In this document: positions 50,801 to 64,000 of the stretch, in pieces
Layout: every line of letters begins with the position of its first letter
Numbering within the stretch: position 1 is the stretch's first letter
Origin: Clostridia bacterium
GTDB lineage: Bacteria > Bacillota > Clostridia > JAAYHZ01
Length of the DNA: 64,000 nt
Assembly: GCA_050950825.1 (NCBI GenBank)
Contig: JBMNIH010000001.1
Span: 1-64,000, forward strand
Direction: 5' to 3'
Notes under the pieces: model-generated
The model's input: only the letters and a program-made list of their open reading frames with translations
The model's database searches: none
What the model was told of the DNA's origin: nothing
Made by a program: the position numbers and the translations under genes

Positions 50801-51954
50801 TGAGCAAGCTCGATATTAAAAATACCGTTTTCGTCTTTACCCAGCTCGTAGAAGCTTCCGAAATCATTAGAAGGAAAACGCCGCCTGCATTCCGGGCATT
50901 TGATTTTCCAAGGATCATTAATGGGATCGACAATCCAAGAATAAAGGCCGTATTTCGCGGCGATATTCGTTTTGCAATAACGACAGTAGAAACGCTCCGG
51001 ATCCAAGGCTTCGCCGACGAAATAATATCGAGGAAGTCCTTCCGCAACAACCATCTCGTACAACGTATCAATGATTTTAACGTATCGTTCGGCTTCATCG
51101 ATATAGCCTTTGCTTGCTTCCGCCGCCCATGAATATTTTTCAATGTTTTCACGGGCATTTGCTCGTTCTTCTTCGGTCCATATGGTGAGAGCTTTTTTAT
51201 CCGATGCTTCCACGGATACCGTCACCGGATCCGGCCGGTAAGTTTCTCCTCGAAACACAACCGTCGCTTCGATAACCGCCGTACCCGTCTTATTGCCTTG
51301 AATCACGCCTCTGCTTGATAACGTGATAACATCATCGGGTTCCGCCGATACGATTTTGTACCGTACATCATAGGAAGGTATATAGGCAATACCTCCTTCG
51401 GACAAATGAGCAATCGGCTGTAACGCACCCTTCCCGCCTAAATAGACTGTTTTAGGAGCTTGCAAGCGCAGTGACAGCATCTCCGAAGGATCCTTTACAA
51501 TAATGCTCTGTGTGGCGCTTTTTTGACTATTGCCGAAGGTCACCGTTACCGTAACGGATGTGCTTCCTTCGGAAAGAGCTTTGATGATTCCGGCGGAGTT
51601 CACCTCGATAATTCGCTCATCGTACATCCCGTAGGAAATTTCGCAGTCGTTAAGATTTACCGCTTTTCCGTCGGGAAAAAAGGCTTCTACGGAAGACGCA
51701 ATCTCTTCGCCGACTGTAAGTTCGTATTGTTCCGGCTTAAACAAAACCAGATCAAGTACCCTTAACTCATAAGGGTGTATCGTCGTACCGTTAGCATCGT
51801 AGTATTCCATAATTCGTTCCCTTGCCATTAATAGATTCGAGGGTGAAGCAGCAGCGGAAGTACCTCCGAAGCATGGGTATCGGATGATCAGAATTGTCAT
51901 CAATACCCAACCTATCCTAAGCACCTTCCTAAAAAAATCCCGAGATCTGTTCAT
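47821..51954 (-). CDS. Secreted heparinase II/III-like protein with Ig-like domains
   Basis: Signal-like N-terminus, two Big-like repeats, GHGHNDALN and SHNTVMVDG motifs, C-terminal putative Ig domain (LPKGASFDPSTGEFSWTP). Confidence 0.75.
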   Translation of the reverse strand: MNRSRDFFRKVLRIGWVLMTILIIRYPCFGGTSAAASPSNLLMARERIMEYYDANGTTIHPYELRVLDLVLFKPEQYELTVGEEIASSVEAFFPDGKAVNLNDCEISYGMYDERIIEVNSAGIIKALSEGSTSVTVTVTFGNSQKSATQSIIVKDPSEMLSLRLQAPKTVYLGGKGALQPIAHLSEGGIAYIPSYDVRYKIVSAEPDDVITLSSRGVIQGNKTGTAVIEATVVFRGETYRPDPVTVSVEASDKKALTIWTEEERANARENIEKYSWAAEASKGYIDEAERYVKIIDTLYEMVVAEGLPRYYFVGEALDPERFYCRYCKTNIAAKYGLYSWIVDPINDPWKIKCPECRRRFPSNDFGSFYELGKDENGIFNIELAHKRNDELIAKGEPGYLVNVLYPEKGEGWGVDDGFGYFPGNVYDNGVVERHNYIAYYLHEGLWHGGVIDGALRAFMYAYIYTGDPKYGRAGAILLDRVADFYPGFDWHRWRTFRGDGYKGKILDVVWENALAQDLARAYDAFFPMFEDPEVISFLSEKAKKYNLENPKDCTAAIRKNIEDGILREIFAASKDGRIAGNFGMTQLSVATAAVALDTMPETGEWLDWIMKPDENETSPRPAGNVNILQKLVDVVDRNGMGNEASPSYNSLWLNELLGVAELLYGYQTYPGVDLYKNPKFVQMFTAQLPIIMADYYTMQIGDSGGTASTGFNLSKETALIGFKRLGDPRLAQYVFMLNGNTVNGLNGEITEKDPEKIRDQILEVVHQYGPFHLDSDMMTGYGFAAVRDGANYRSIGNNQGTNSHSDFSVYFGIGTGHGHNDALNLGIDAFGLNMAPDLGYPEDTGTQPNRIQWVSKPLSHNTVMVDGKPQVGLETAGTPHHFDDSGRVKIIDVDANKAYPQTKEYRRTVVMVEADDENEVFYGVDFFRIVGGNDHIYSFHSQSDEIFETEGLNLVPQTDEKGNYIGTYASPDVPWGKDPNTIDTLWSVDMLKYPPGFTWLDHVRRDSVPEAEFSVDFKVKDFRRVLGVQEDLHLRMTMLNDFTLDEVAIAQGKPPQVNTKYIPYLEYVLARRTGENLNTLFTTVFEPYKKTRYIDTGMTSVPVKVISGTPSADDAVKAVRIPLKNGRVDYVVYATNNKVLYRVDDLFDFRGFVGVYSVLDGQPVYMYVNDGDVIDDNKGLIGACTGTVKDFTRELALENTITVTPEQKIDPAVLENRYIYVENDGVQNGAYRIERAEESPKGDIILHIGQVSPVRSYKDPKDFDKGYIYNIEAGQRFRIPLPNITDSYPVFEPIKNQIVNSKSEIRLTVSAKSTKNKELEYKAVELPKGASFDPSTGEFSWTPQPYQLGQHKVSISAFDGEFARTVHFMITVIGSKK

Positions 51955-52077
51955 GCCATCACCTCATCTGATTTTTATGGATCGTATCTATTATATCTCG
52001 AAGTTCGAGGTTTTGTAAGTATCTCGTTTGGATTATTTGGAAACCTTATTGAATAACATACTATTTACGTCCAAATG

Positions 52078-52109
52078 AAATACAGAAGGAGGGATTTCCT
52101 TCTGTATTT
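52078..52109. terminator. Terminator after the solute-binding protein gene
   Basis: AAATACAGAAGGA-N6-TCCTTCTGTATTT perfect stem. Confidence 0.75.
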
Positions 52110-52154
52110 ATAAAAAGCGGTTATAACGTATTATTCTGCAGATAAACAAACGGA

Positions 52155-53954
52155 TTACGGTCTTCCTCGCAGTTTGAATTTGTCGCCCGGATCGTAATTT
52201 ATAAAGTCGGGATTGTTGAAGATTTCGTCAACCATCTTCTGTAATCCGGCGGCATACAACTGTTCGATGTAATGAGCCCATTCGGTGTTGAAGTCGGAAA
52301 TCTGTCCGTTTAACGCCCGATTTCGGAAATCGTTCACAATGGGATTTATCGTCTGCGTATACTCCGCATTCATCTCAACATATTTTTGATACAGATCAGG
52401 TCCCATATAGGGTGAAGAGAGGTATTTGTCGGGGTTTAAAGCGTATTTTTCGTACAAGTTGTATGCATACATATATGCCGGTGCAGACCACCATCCGTTT
52501 TCCACGGCATTGTAGGTTTCAAAGTCCGCCGTTGAAAAGTACGCCCACGTACTGAATACATGAAGCTCGCCTTGGTTTCTGTATTCTTCCGGCAATTCTT
52601 CGTCCGGGGTTTGGATTCTTACGCTCTTGTACGGTTCTCCTTCCCATCTCCAATGAATGCCTTCGATACCGTAATTGTAGCGTAAATGAGTATATTCGCT
52701 TTCGAAAGAGGTGTATTGGAGCAGCGTTAGAAGCCGAATTAATTTTTCATCCGAAACCTGCACTCCTACCATATGACAGCGATATAGCCCTTCTCCGAAA
52801 GGATCGATTCCATAAGTCGCGTCCGTAGCCACTCCTTCCGGCCCTCTGAACATAGGACCCATAACAAACCTTGCATCCGGGTCCGTATTTAACAAGATGT
52901 TCGTAGGAGGCAGCTCCCCGTATCCCCATGTGGTAGGTCGTAAATATCCGTCTCTGTGACATTGGAGAATACCCATCTTGTTTGTTCGGGAGATCTGTTG
53001 GTATTCCAAGTTCCAAGCTTGCTCGCCGGGCAGCTTTTTCATATAACCCTTCTGCAGGTTCTCGGATACCCACTGGAGGTAATCCTTGTAGGGCGTATAA
53101 GCATAGTAAGGAACCGTATCTCCGGTTACCTTATCTTTGTATAAATAATTGACATCATAAGCGAATCCGAACAAGCCTTCTTGAGTCATAGTAGTTGAGG
53201 AGTTAGGCAAAATGTACATCATACCGTATGTATCGTCGATTCCGTTTCCGTCCGGGTCATTTTCAGTAAACTTTCTCAACATATCATTCATTTCTTCAAA
53301 GGTGAAGTTGCCTTCACCGAAGAAGATATTGTCGTTCAGCTCTTCAAATCCCTCGGTTACGACTCGAACGGGATAAAGCTTGCTCATATCCATGCTGTAG
53401 CCGATGGCTTCCAACCAATCCAAATTGATGGCCGTAATGTCGTAAAAGTATTGGCATGCGTTGAATTGAATGGCGGTAATTCCAAGATATTGATCGGTCG
53501 TTCCTTTTACCAAGTTGTATCGGAAGCCGATCGGTACCCTTTCATATACCTCGTATTGACCGGGAAGATAGTTTTTAATCATATCAAGAGGTATGGATCT
53601 TATAACTTTTTCATCATACAATCCTTGGGGGTCTCGAGGAGCAGCGGGCATATAGAAGAAATCGGGAATATCTCCTGCGGCAATCAGGGCGGCCATTTGC
53701 TCTCCGCTATAGCAATCCAAAGGCCAGACCTGAAGATCAACGTTGAACATCTCCTCTAATTCCAGCTCATCCCATCGGCCGTCCTTGTAGTTCGGGCCGT
53801 TTTGGGTTAACCACGTAATTTCGAAAAATTCTTCGAAGGGATTCTCTTCCGGTGCCGTCGTAGTATCGCCCTTCGGCGGCTTTTCCGATTTGCCGCAAGA
53901 TATCATGGCGATGAAACAGAAAACAACCAACAACAGACAAATATGCTTTCTCAT
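52155..53954 (-). CDS. Extracellular solute-binding lipoprotein (carbohydrate ABC type)
   Basis: Lipobox MISC, AAGDIPD, NDPDGNGIDDTYG, YGIEGIHW. Confidence 0.85.
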   Translation of the reverse strand: MRKHICLLLVVFCFIAMISCGKSEKPPKGDTTTAPEENPFEEFFEITWLTQNGPNYKDGRWDELELEEMFNVDLQVWPLDCYSGEQMAALIAAGDIPDFFYMPAAPRDPQGLYDEKVIRSIPLDMIKNYLPGQYEVYERVPIGFRYNLVKGTTDQYLGITAIQFNACQYFYDITAINLDWLEAIGYSMDMSKLYPVRVVTEGFEELNDNIFFGEGNFTFEEMNDMLRKFTENDPDGNGIDDTYGMMYILPNSSTTMTQEGLFGFAYDVNYLYKDKVTGDTVPYYAYTPYKDYLQWVSENLQKGYMKKLPGEQAWNLEYQQISRTNKMGILQCHRDGYLRPTTWGYGELPPTNILLNTDPDARFVMGPMFRGPEGVATDATYGIDPFGEGLYRCHMVGVQVSDEKLIRLLTLLQYTSFESEYTHLRYNYGIEGIHWRWEGEPYKSVRIQTPDEELPEEYRNQGELHVFSTWAYFSTADFETYNAVENGWWSAPAYMYAYNLYEKYALNPDKYLSSPYMGPDLYQKYVEMNAEYTQTINPIVNDFRNRALNGQISDFNTEWAHYIEQLYAAGLQKMVDEIFNNPDFINYDPGDKFKLRGRP

Positions 53955-54273
53955 AGGACCCTCCTGCAAATACAATTCATATCGAGCATTTGTACATTGT
54001 AAAATTTATCCGGTCCGTACCTTGATATTTTCCTCTGCAGTCGGCTTAATAAATGCCGTTATCCCCTCCTTCGATTTTATTGCCTTATATTTTACCTTTA
54101 TTGTAACTATATACCTTTTTAAAGTCAATTGTATTGCCATAAATAGTTAAGTGATTTAAATATTTGATTTTGCTAAAAACCGATCTTTCACCGTGTGTCA
54201 AAATATTCTACAATTGATATGATACCGGTATTATTGGTATAATCAATTTCAATAAGCTATACGGAGAGTCGTT

Positions 54274-55252
54274 ATGAAAATTATGTTTCCCGAATACGAG
54301 AATAGTCTTTTATCTCTTGTCTCATCGGTTTTGAGTCATTACTGTGTTGAAACGACCCACAAAACGTTATCGGCTTTCGACGCTCTATTGAAAAAGAAGC
54401 ATAAAAATGTTGTTGTCATGCTTTTCGACGGCATGGGTTCCTCTATTTTGGAAAAACATCTTTCGCCTGACTCTTTCTTAAGACGCAATATGCGAAGCAT
54501 CATTTCATCCGTATTCCCTCCCACAACGACAACGGCAACCGTTACCATGGAAACGGGGCTTTCCCCCGTCGAACACGGTTGTCTAGGATGGAGCCTTTAT
54601 TTTGAAGAAATAGGATCAAATGTAGACATCTTCCCGAATACTCTTTCAAGGTCGGAAGGGATACCGGCTGCTTGCTATCATGTCGCCGGTAAATATTTAC
54701 CCTTTGAAAGCATAGGTACAAAAATATAAAAGCTACCGAAGATCGTGTTAAAGCATACCGTCTCTCCATTCTCATCTTTCCGTATCCAAAGCATGGATGA
54801 AATTTTCCAAACAATCGAAGATCTATGCAACGAGGAAGGTGAAAAAAAATATATATATAGTTATCGGCCGCAGCCGGATAGCGGCATGCATGAATTCGGT
54901 ACAAATGACATCAGAATTACCGCTTCCTCATAGATACAAGCCGGCGATATATTCAAGATTATCCCGATATCACGGAATGTCTTATACGAATTCCGTCCGT
55001 CGAAACAAGAGCGTTATCCTTCTTTGTTAAGAAAGGTATAGAAAAAGCATTTGAGACGTCATTTGTAAAGCATTTCGGAAAGTACTTCATCCGTATACAT
55101 ATAAATTTATCGGAGATTATATGGGAATTGCAAAAGGGAATATCCGTCCGGATTATTCACCTCTTTCGTTTCGCAACTCTTTTATTGGCGTACATGCAGG
55201 GATGACCGAAGAGGAAATGCAGGTACCGTTTATTACCATAGAATGCATTTAA
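54274..55252 (+). pseudogene. Alkaline phosphatase superfamily (nucleotide pyrophosphatase/phosphodiesterase) pseudogene
   Basis: VVMLFDGMG, SVFPPTTT, premature TAA at 54727, further frameshifts, terminal HAGMTEEEMQVPF motif ending at 55252. Confidence 0.8.
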
Positions 55253-55264
55253 AAATTTTACAAG

Positions 55265-55293
55265 AAAAAAAAGCCTGTAAAAACAGGCTTTTT
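55265..55293 (-). terminator. rrn operon terminator
   Basis: AAGCCTGT-AAAA-ACAGGCTT with A/T tracts. Confidence 0.8.
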
Positions 55294-55369
55294 TGGCTCC
55301 CCAAGTAGGACTCGAACCTACGACCCTGCGGTTAACAGCCGCATGCTCTACCGACTGAGCTATTGAGGA
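55294..55369 (-). tRNA. tRNA-Asn (GTT)
   Basis: TCCTCAATAGCTCAG...CTGTTAA...GGTTCGAGTCC...GGAGCCA. Confidence 0.96.
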
Positions 55370-55414
55370 TCGTCCGAACCATGACCGGATTCTACCGATT
55401 CATGGTTCATAATT

Positions 55415-55531
55415 TTCCGGCAGCGACCTATCTTCCCGGGGCGCCACGCCCCGGTATTTTCAGCACCGAGAAGCTTAACTGCCGTGTTCGGGATGGGAAC
55501 GGGTGGGTCCTTCTCGTTATTGCCACCGAAA
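55415..55531 (-). rRNA. rrf: 5S rRNA
   Basis: CCCATCCCGAACACGGCAGTTAAG core; ends approximate. Confidence 0.95.
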
Positions 55532-55606
55532 ATCTTTATTCTCTTCGCGCGCTTTTTATCGCACCCTCAAAACTGCATAATACGTCTTTTTTCTTCAGCG
55601 ACGACC

Positions 55607-58529
<2,923 letters not shown>

Positions 58530-58787
58530 TTTCCTTTGGTCCATCATTTCATATAGGTTGATTGTCCCAAGCTCGTCGCTTTTCCTGATTATTTTTTTAG
58601 CATTGTTTCAGCATTGTTTTTTTGTCGTTTTCGATAAAATTGCAGACTCAGTGAGTCACTCGTTACCGTTTTTTATTTCGGCTTCTCGTTTTAACTCTCT
58701 TTGTCTTCCTTTTTGTCGCGGTTCCATTCTTCATGGAACCTTTTGACGCATTATGCAGTTTTCAAGGTGCGATCGCTTGCGCGTTCT

Positions 58788-58864
<77 letters not shown>

Positions 58865-58946
58865 TCAAATCCTTGATCATGTACAGTGTATTGAACCGTC
58901 AATCGACCTTATACGATTACGGCGAAATTTCTTCCGTCGTCAATCT

Positions 58947-60493
<1,547 letters not shown>

Positions 60494-60685
60494 AATCTTC
60501 AAACCCTCTTCGGGTCTCTTGTTTGTCCTGTCTTTTTTTTAGACTTTTTGTCCCGTGCGATTTTCTCGCACTTTGGATTTACTTTTAAATGTTAAACTCT
60601 CGCTTTTTCAAGCTTAAGTTTGACGGGTTCAATACACTGTTCATTTTTCAAGGTTCTGCGCCGTCTATTTCCGGACGGCTCGTTT

Positions 60686-60715
60686 ATAGTAACATGATAT
60701 CTCATATTATGTCAA
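60686..60715 (-). promoter_or_regulatory. rrn promoter
   Basis: TTGACA-18-TACTAT with extended TG. Confidence 0.65.
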
Positions 60716-60876
60716 GAGTTTTTTGAATAATTTTATCGTTTTGCGTGTCGTCTTTTGCATACCGATATACGGTCTTATTCATTTCAATATTTATACAAAA
60801 TCCCGTACCCGAGCATGTTCAACGATTTAATGTTTTGTATCAAAATATGGCAACGGTCAATATAATGTAGCAACCG

Positions 60877-61671
60877 ATGAGTTTGGAGATCCATGCTTTG
60901 CGAAAGCTTATAGAAATAGATAAATTAAATAAGAAAATAAAAAACGGAAACAAAGAGGTAATATTAATTGAAGACCTTTCTTTAGAAATCGATTACGGAG
61001 AAGCCGTAGCTGCGGTTTGCTCTCCGAATCCGGGGCTTACGTATCTTTTGACTTGTCTGTCCGGTATGAAGCATTCGTACGAAGGTATAATACGATACGA
61101 TGCCGAAATTGAAAAAGATTTGTATTATAAAGTCCTATACACATGCAACAAAGACGTAATGTTCGAATGGCGAACGGTATTCGACAATACGCTTTTATTT
61201 TTAAAAATAAACTCAAAACAAAACGATGGCGACGAAGAGCTCCAAAAATATGTTTTGGATACGTTCGAAAAATACAAATTGACAAAATACAAAGACAAGT
61301 ATCCATCTTCTTTGTCCGGAAGCATTAAAAATAAAATTTCTATAGTAAAGCATATGATGCTAAAACCTACCCTTTTGATTATGAATGATAATTTTTCTAA
61401 TATCGATTACAAAACCAAAACGGAATTGCTTCAAATTCTGCGAAACCGTTTCCTTTGCGACAAAAACGCCATCCTGTATGCAACGCAAAACATTGATGAT
61501 GTGTTTTTATTGGCCGATCGCATTTTACTGTTGAAGCCTTATCCTTTATCCTTGGTAGCATCCATCGACATTTCGGATATCGGTAACGAGAGAACTCCCG
61601 AGCTAATTAAAGAAAGCCCGGCATATACCGAGCTTTCGAATCTTCTTTCCAAAGAGCATTTATATGATTAA
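60877..61671 (+). CDS. ABC ATPase-like protein (TauB/SsuB/NrtD type) with degenerate motifs; start may be TTG 60898
   Basis: MFEWRTVFDN, YPSSLSG, ADRILLL..P context retained; Walker A/B and H-switch substituted. Confidence 0.7.
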   Translation: MSLEIHALRKLIEIDKLNKKIKNGNKEVILIEDLSLEIDYGEAVAAVCSPNPGLTYLLTCLSGMKHSYEGIIRYDAEIEKDLYYKVLYTCNKDVMFEWRTVFDNTLLFLKINSKQNDGDEELQKYVLDTFEKYKLTKYKDKYPSSLSGSIKNKISIVKHMMLKPTLLIMNDNFSNIDYKTKTELLQILRNRFLCDKNAILYATQNIDDVFLLADRILLLKPYPLSLVASIDISDIGNERTPELIKESPAYTELSNLLSKEHLYD

Positions 61672-63096
61672 TCAATCCATTTTTTCATAAAAAGCTTTGT
61701 ATCCTAAATAAGCGGAATACAAGTCGGCCTTGCTTGCGACCTCTAAGGTGGAGTGCATTCCGATAACGGGAATACCGCAGTCGATAACTTCACTGCCTAG
61801 GTTAGCAACAAATTGGGCAATGGTTCCGCCGCCACCCTTGTCCATTTTCCCTAGTTCGGCGGCTTGCCAAGGTACATTGTTATCGTTGAAAAGCTTTCTT
61901 ACCTTATGCACAAATTCGGCATTCGCATCGCTTGCACCGCCTTTTGCGTTACCGCCGGTGTATTTCATAAGAACAACGCCTTTTCCGATAAAGGCTGCAT
62001 TGTTCGCTGCATGAAGCCCCTTAAAATTGGGATTTACTGCGGATGAAACGTCTGCGGAGAGTACCTTCGTATTGACAAAGCATTTTCTCAATCCCAAATC
62101 CGTATACGGTCCCGTTTTTACCAGCAACTCCGCCAAAAAGTCCTGCAAGAACATTCCGCGAGCGCCGGTGTTGCCTACGCTGCCTATTTCCTCTTTATCG
62201 CTCATGTAGCATACGGCAGTCTTGTCCGGAGTTTCGGACATATCGAATAATCCCATTAGAGACGCATAAGCACAAATTCTGTCATCGTGGCCGTATGCGC
62301 CGATTAAACCCCTGTCAAGTCCGATATCTACGGCTTTTTGGGTAGGCACGATTTCAAGTTCTGCCGAGACGAAATCTTCTTCCTTGATACCGTACTTTTC
62401 GTTCAATATATTTAAAACGTTTAATTTAATTTTTTCGGACACTTTATCGTCTTGAAAAGGAATCGAACCTACAACCACATTCAAATCTTCTCCCGTTATA
62501 CCTTCCGACATCTTTTTCGCCATCTGCTCTCTTGCCAAATGAGGCAGCAAGTCGGTTATGGTAAAGACCGGGTCGCCTTCGTCTTCGCCGATGGAAATCT
62601 TGATTTTTTCGTTGTTCTTGTTGTAGATAACGCCGTGTAAAGCCAAGGGAGTTGCAACCCAATGGTACGTTTTAATCCCGCCGTAATAGCGAGTACGAAA
62701 TAACGCCATTTCGCTGTCTTCATATAAAGGATTCGGCCTTAAGTCCAAACGAGGTGCATCCACATGAGAACCGATTAAATTGACGCCTTCCGCTAAAGGC
62801 TTTTTACCAATTACGGCGGCAATTACGGTTTTATTGCGCGATACAAGGTAAACCTTATCTCCTTCTTTAAGCTCGGTGCATTCATTGATATCGGAAAATC
62901 CTCTGTCCAAGAGCATTTTTTCAACGAATTCCACGCATTCTCTTTCCGTTTTGCTTTGATCGGAGAATTTTTTATACCCTTCGGCAAAATCATGAATTTT
63001 TCGAGCATATTCTTCATCGGCTTTCAACCAAACATTTTTGGTTTTGCTAATCAATTCTTCTTCTTTTCTTTGTCCTACGGTTTTACTGTCTGCCAT
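61672..63096 (-). CDS. M18-family aminopeptidase
   Basis: SHVDAPRLDL, YYGGIK, GHDDR, DKEEIGS, GMHS. Confidence 0.9.
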   Translation of the reverse strand: MADSKTVGQRKEEELISKTKNVWLKADEEYARKIHDFAEGYKKFSDQSKTERECVEFVEKMLLDRGFSDINECTELKEGDKVYLVSRNKTVIAAVIGKKPLAEGVNLIGSHVDAPRLDLRPNPLYEDSEMALFRTRYYGGIKTYHWVATPLALHGVIYNKNNEKIKISIGEDEGDPVFTITDLLPHLAREQMAKKMSEGITGEDLNVVVGSIPFQDDKVSEKIKLNVLNILNEKYGIKEEDFVSAELEIVPTQKAVDIGLDRGLIGAYGHDDRICAYASLMGLFDMSETPDKTAVCYMSDKEEIGSVGNTGARGMFLQDFLAELLVKTGPYTDLGLRKCFVNTKVLSADVSSAVNPNFKGLHAANNAAFIGKGVVLMKYTGGNAKGGASDANAEFVHKVRKLFNDNNVPWQAAELGKMDKGGGGTIAQFVANLGSEVIDCGIPVIGMHSTLEVASKADLYSAYLGYKAFYEKMD

Positions 63097-63164
63097 ATTT
63101 CCAAACCTCTCCTAATTATTAAAATACTCTATTTCATACTTTATCACTATTTTTATTATAAATC

Positions 63165-63194
63165 AAAAAAAGGATCCTATTTTAAAGATCCTTT
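63165..63194 (-). terminator. Possible terminator
   Basis: AAAGGATC...GATCCTTT with T-tract on the minus strand. Confidence 0.55.
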
Positions 63195-63225
63195 AAAAAT
63201 TTGCTTCGTTCTTTTTCCGATCAAA

Positions 63226-63813
63226 CTATATTTTAACAAAATCCGGATCGGAAGAGCTTTCGGAATAGACGTCCTTTTTCATTATATATAACGTTTCTCT
63301 AAAATTAAAAACTTCTTCTTTCGAATACCATTTGACATCAAGGCAAATGTTTCCTTCTGTGTGTTCAATCAAAAGAAGCGCTCTTTTAGAAAACGTATAA
63401 GCTAACGCCGAGATAACGGCCAACAAAATGGTCAGCGGGGTGTACGATCTTAAAAAGCGGTATACGATCAAGGACACAATGACAAAGATTAAACACACGA
63501 TCAACATGGTCAAAGGATATCGAGTTCCGTAGGTTGTGGATTTAATGTTTTCTACGGGGATTTTATTTCTTCGATTGTGTATACGAGGCAGCGTTCCGTG
63601 GATTCGTTCCATAAGAACACCTTCTTGGTAAAGATGTTTGTCCGTCAATACCAAAACGGTACGAGTCCTTTTTCCGGCTAACCCTCTTTTTAAATATCTC
63701 GATCCCAAGACATTAATCAAGGTTTCGCCTTTTTCCTTCACATAATCCTCCAGCAGTTTTCTTTTGCTTTCGGACAACATACTGACATTGTCGTAGCTAA
63801 TTCTCTCATCCAT
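63226..63813 (-). CDS. Hypothetical membrane protein
   Basis: 195-aa ORF with two TM helices. Confidence 0.65.
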   Translation of the reverse strand: MDERISYDNVSMLSESKRKLLEDYVKEKGETLINVLGSRYLKRGLAGKRTRTVLVLTDKHLYQEGVLMERIHGTLPRIHNRRNKIPVENIKSTTYGTRYPLTMLIVCLIFVIVSLIVYRFLRSYTPLTILLAVISALAYTFSKRALLLIEHTEGNICLDVKWYSKEEVFNFRETLYIMKKDVYSESSSDPDFVKI

Positions 63814-64000
63814 TTTATCGCAACACCCTTTTTGATCGATTTATTATATTATATCATTCTTTCCTTTGACATGTCAAAAAATGCTACACTTTTCCATTGA
63901 ATTTGCAAAACCGACATATTCACTCGGATATTTTACTTAAATCGTACTCGATATTAAAAGACGTTAAAAATTCGTTTTCGCTTAATGGAATCGAGGAAGC

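Noticed and set aside
58639-58690. Possible remnant tRNA-Ala in the spacer before 23S
   Set aside because: No cloverleaf, T-arm GTTC or CCA recognisable; A-rich spacer only

Overview
Chromosomal window from a Clostridia-type Firmicute. The 16S signature and the PPi-type Pfk next to fba resemble Acetivibrio/Hungateiclostridium-like organisms, and the GC-rich rRNA hints at a thermophile. The first 7.5 kb is disrupted: two apparently identical, AT-rich IS3-family elements (1-1341, 5387-6747) flank a C-terminally truncated clpB, a CtsR-controlled DnaJ/CbpA gene and half of an IS-split solute-binding lipoprotein gene. A 67-bp Rhs/YD-repeat remnant sits between IS copy 1 and clpB. The rest is mostly core genes on the minus strand: polA-coaE, an ECF sigma/anti-sigma pair, ylxM-ffh-rpsP-khpA-rimM-trmD, rnc-smc-ftsY, a reduced fapR-plsX-fabD-acpP cluster, rimO-pgsA, rplS-lepB-rbgA-rnhB, and fba/pfk flanked by two Na/Pi transporters. 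Glycan-related genes (GH20, heparinase II/III-like, orphan binding lipoproteins) and a full rrn operon (16S-tRNA-Ile-23S-5S-tRNA-Asn) follow. The best novelty candidates are a PP2C-pseudophosphatase-TM-LysM receptor-like protein beside a GH20, an orphan ABC ATPase with dead catalytic motifs, an ECF promoter inside the sigma gene that may drive anti-sigma-polA-coaE, and the IS's non-canonical ends and frameshift site. All calls come from reading sequence and motifs; no database searches were run.
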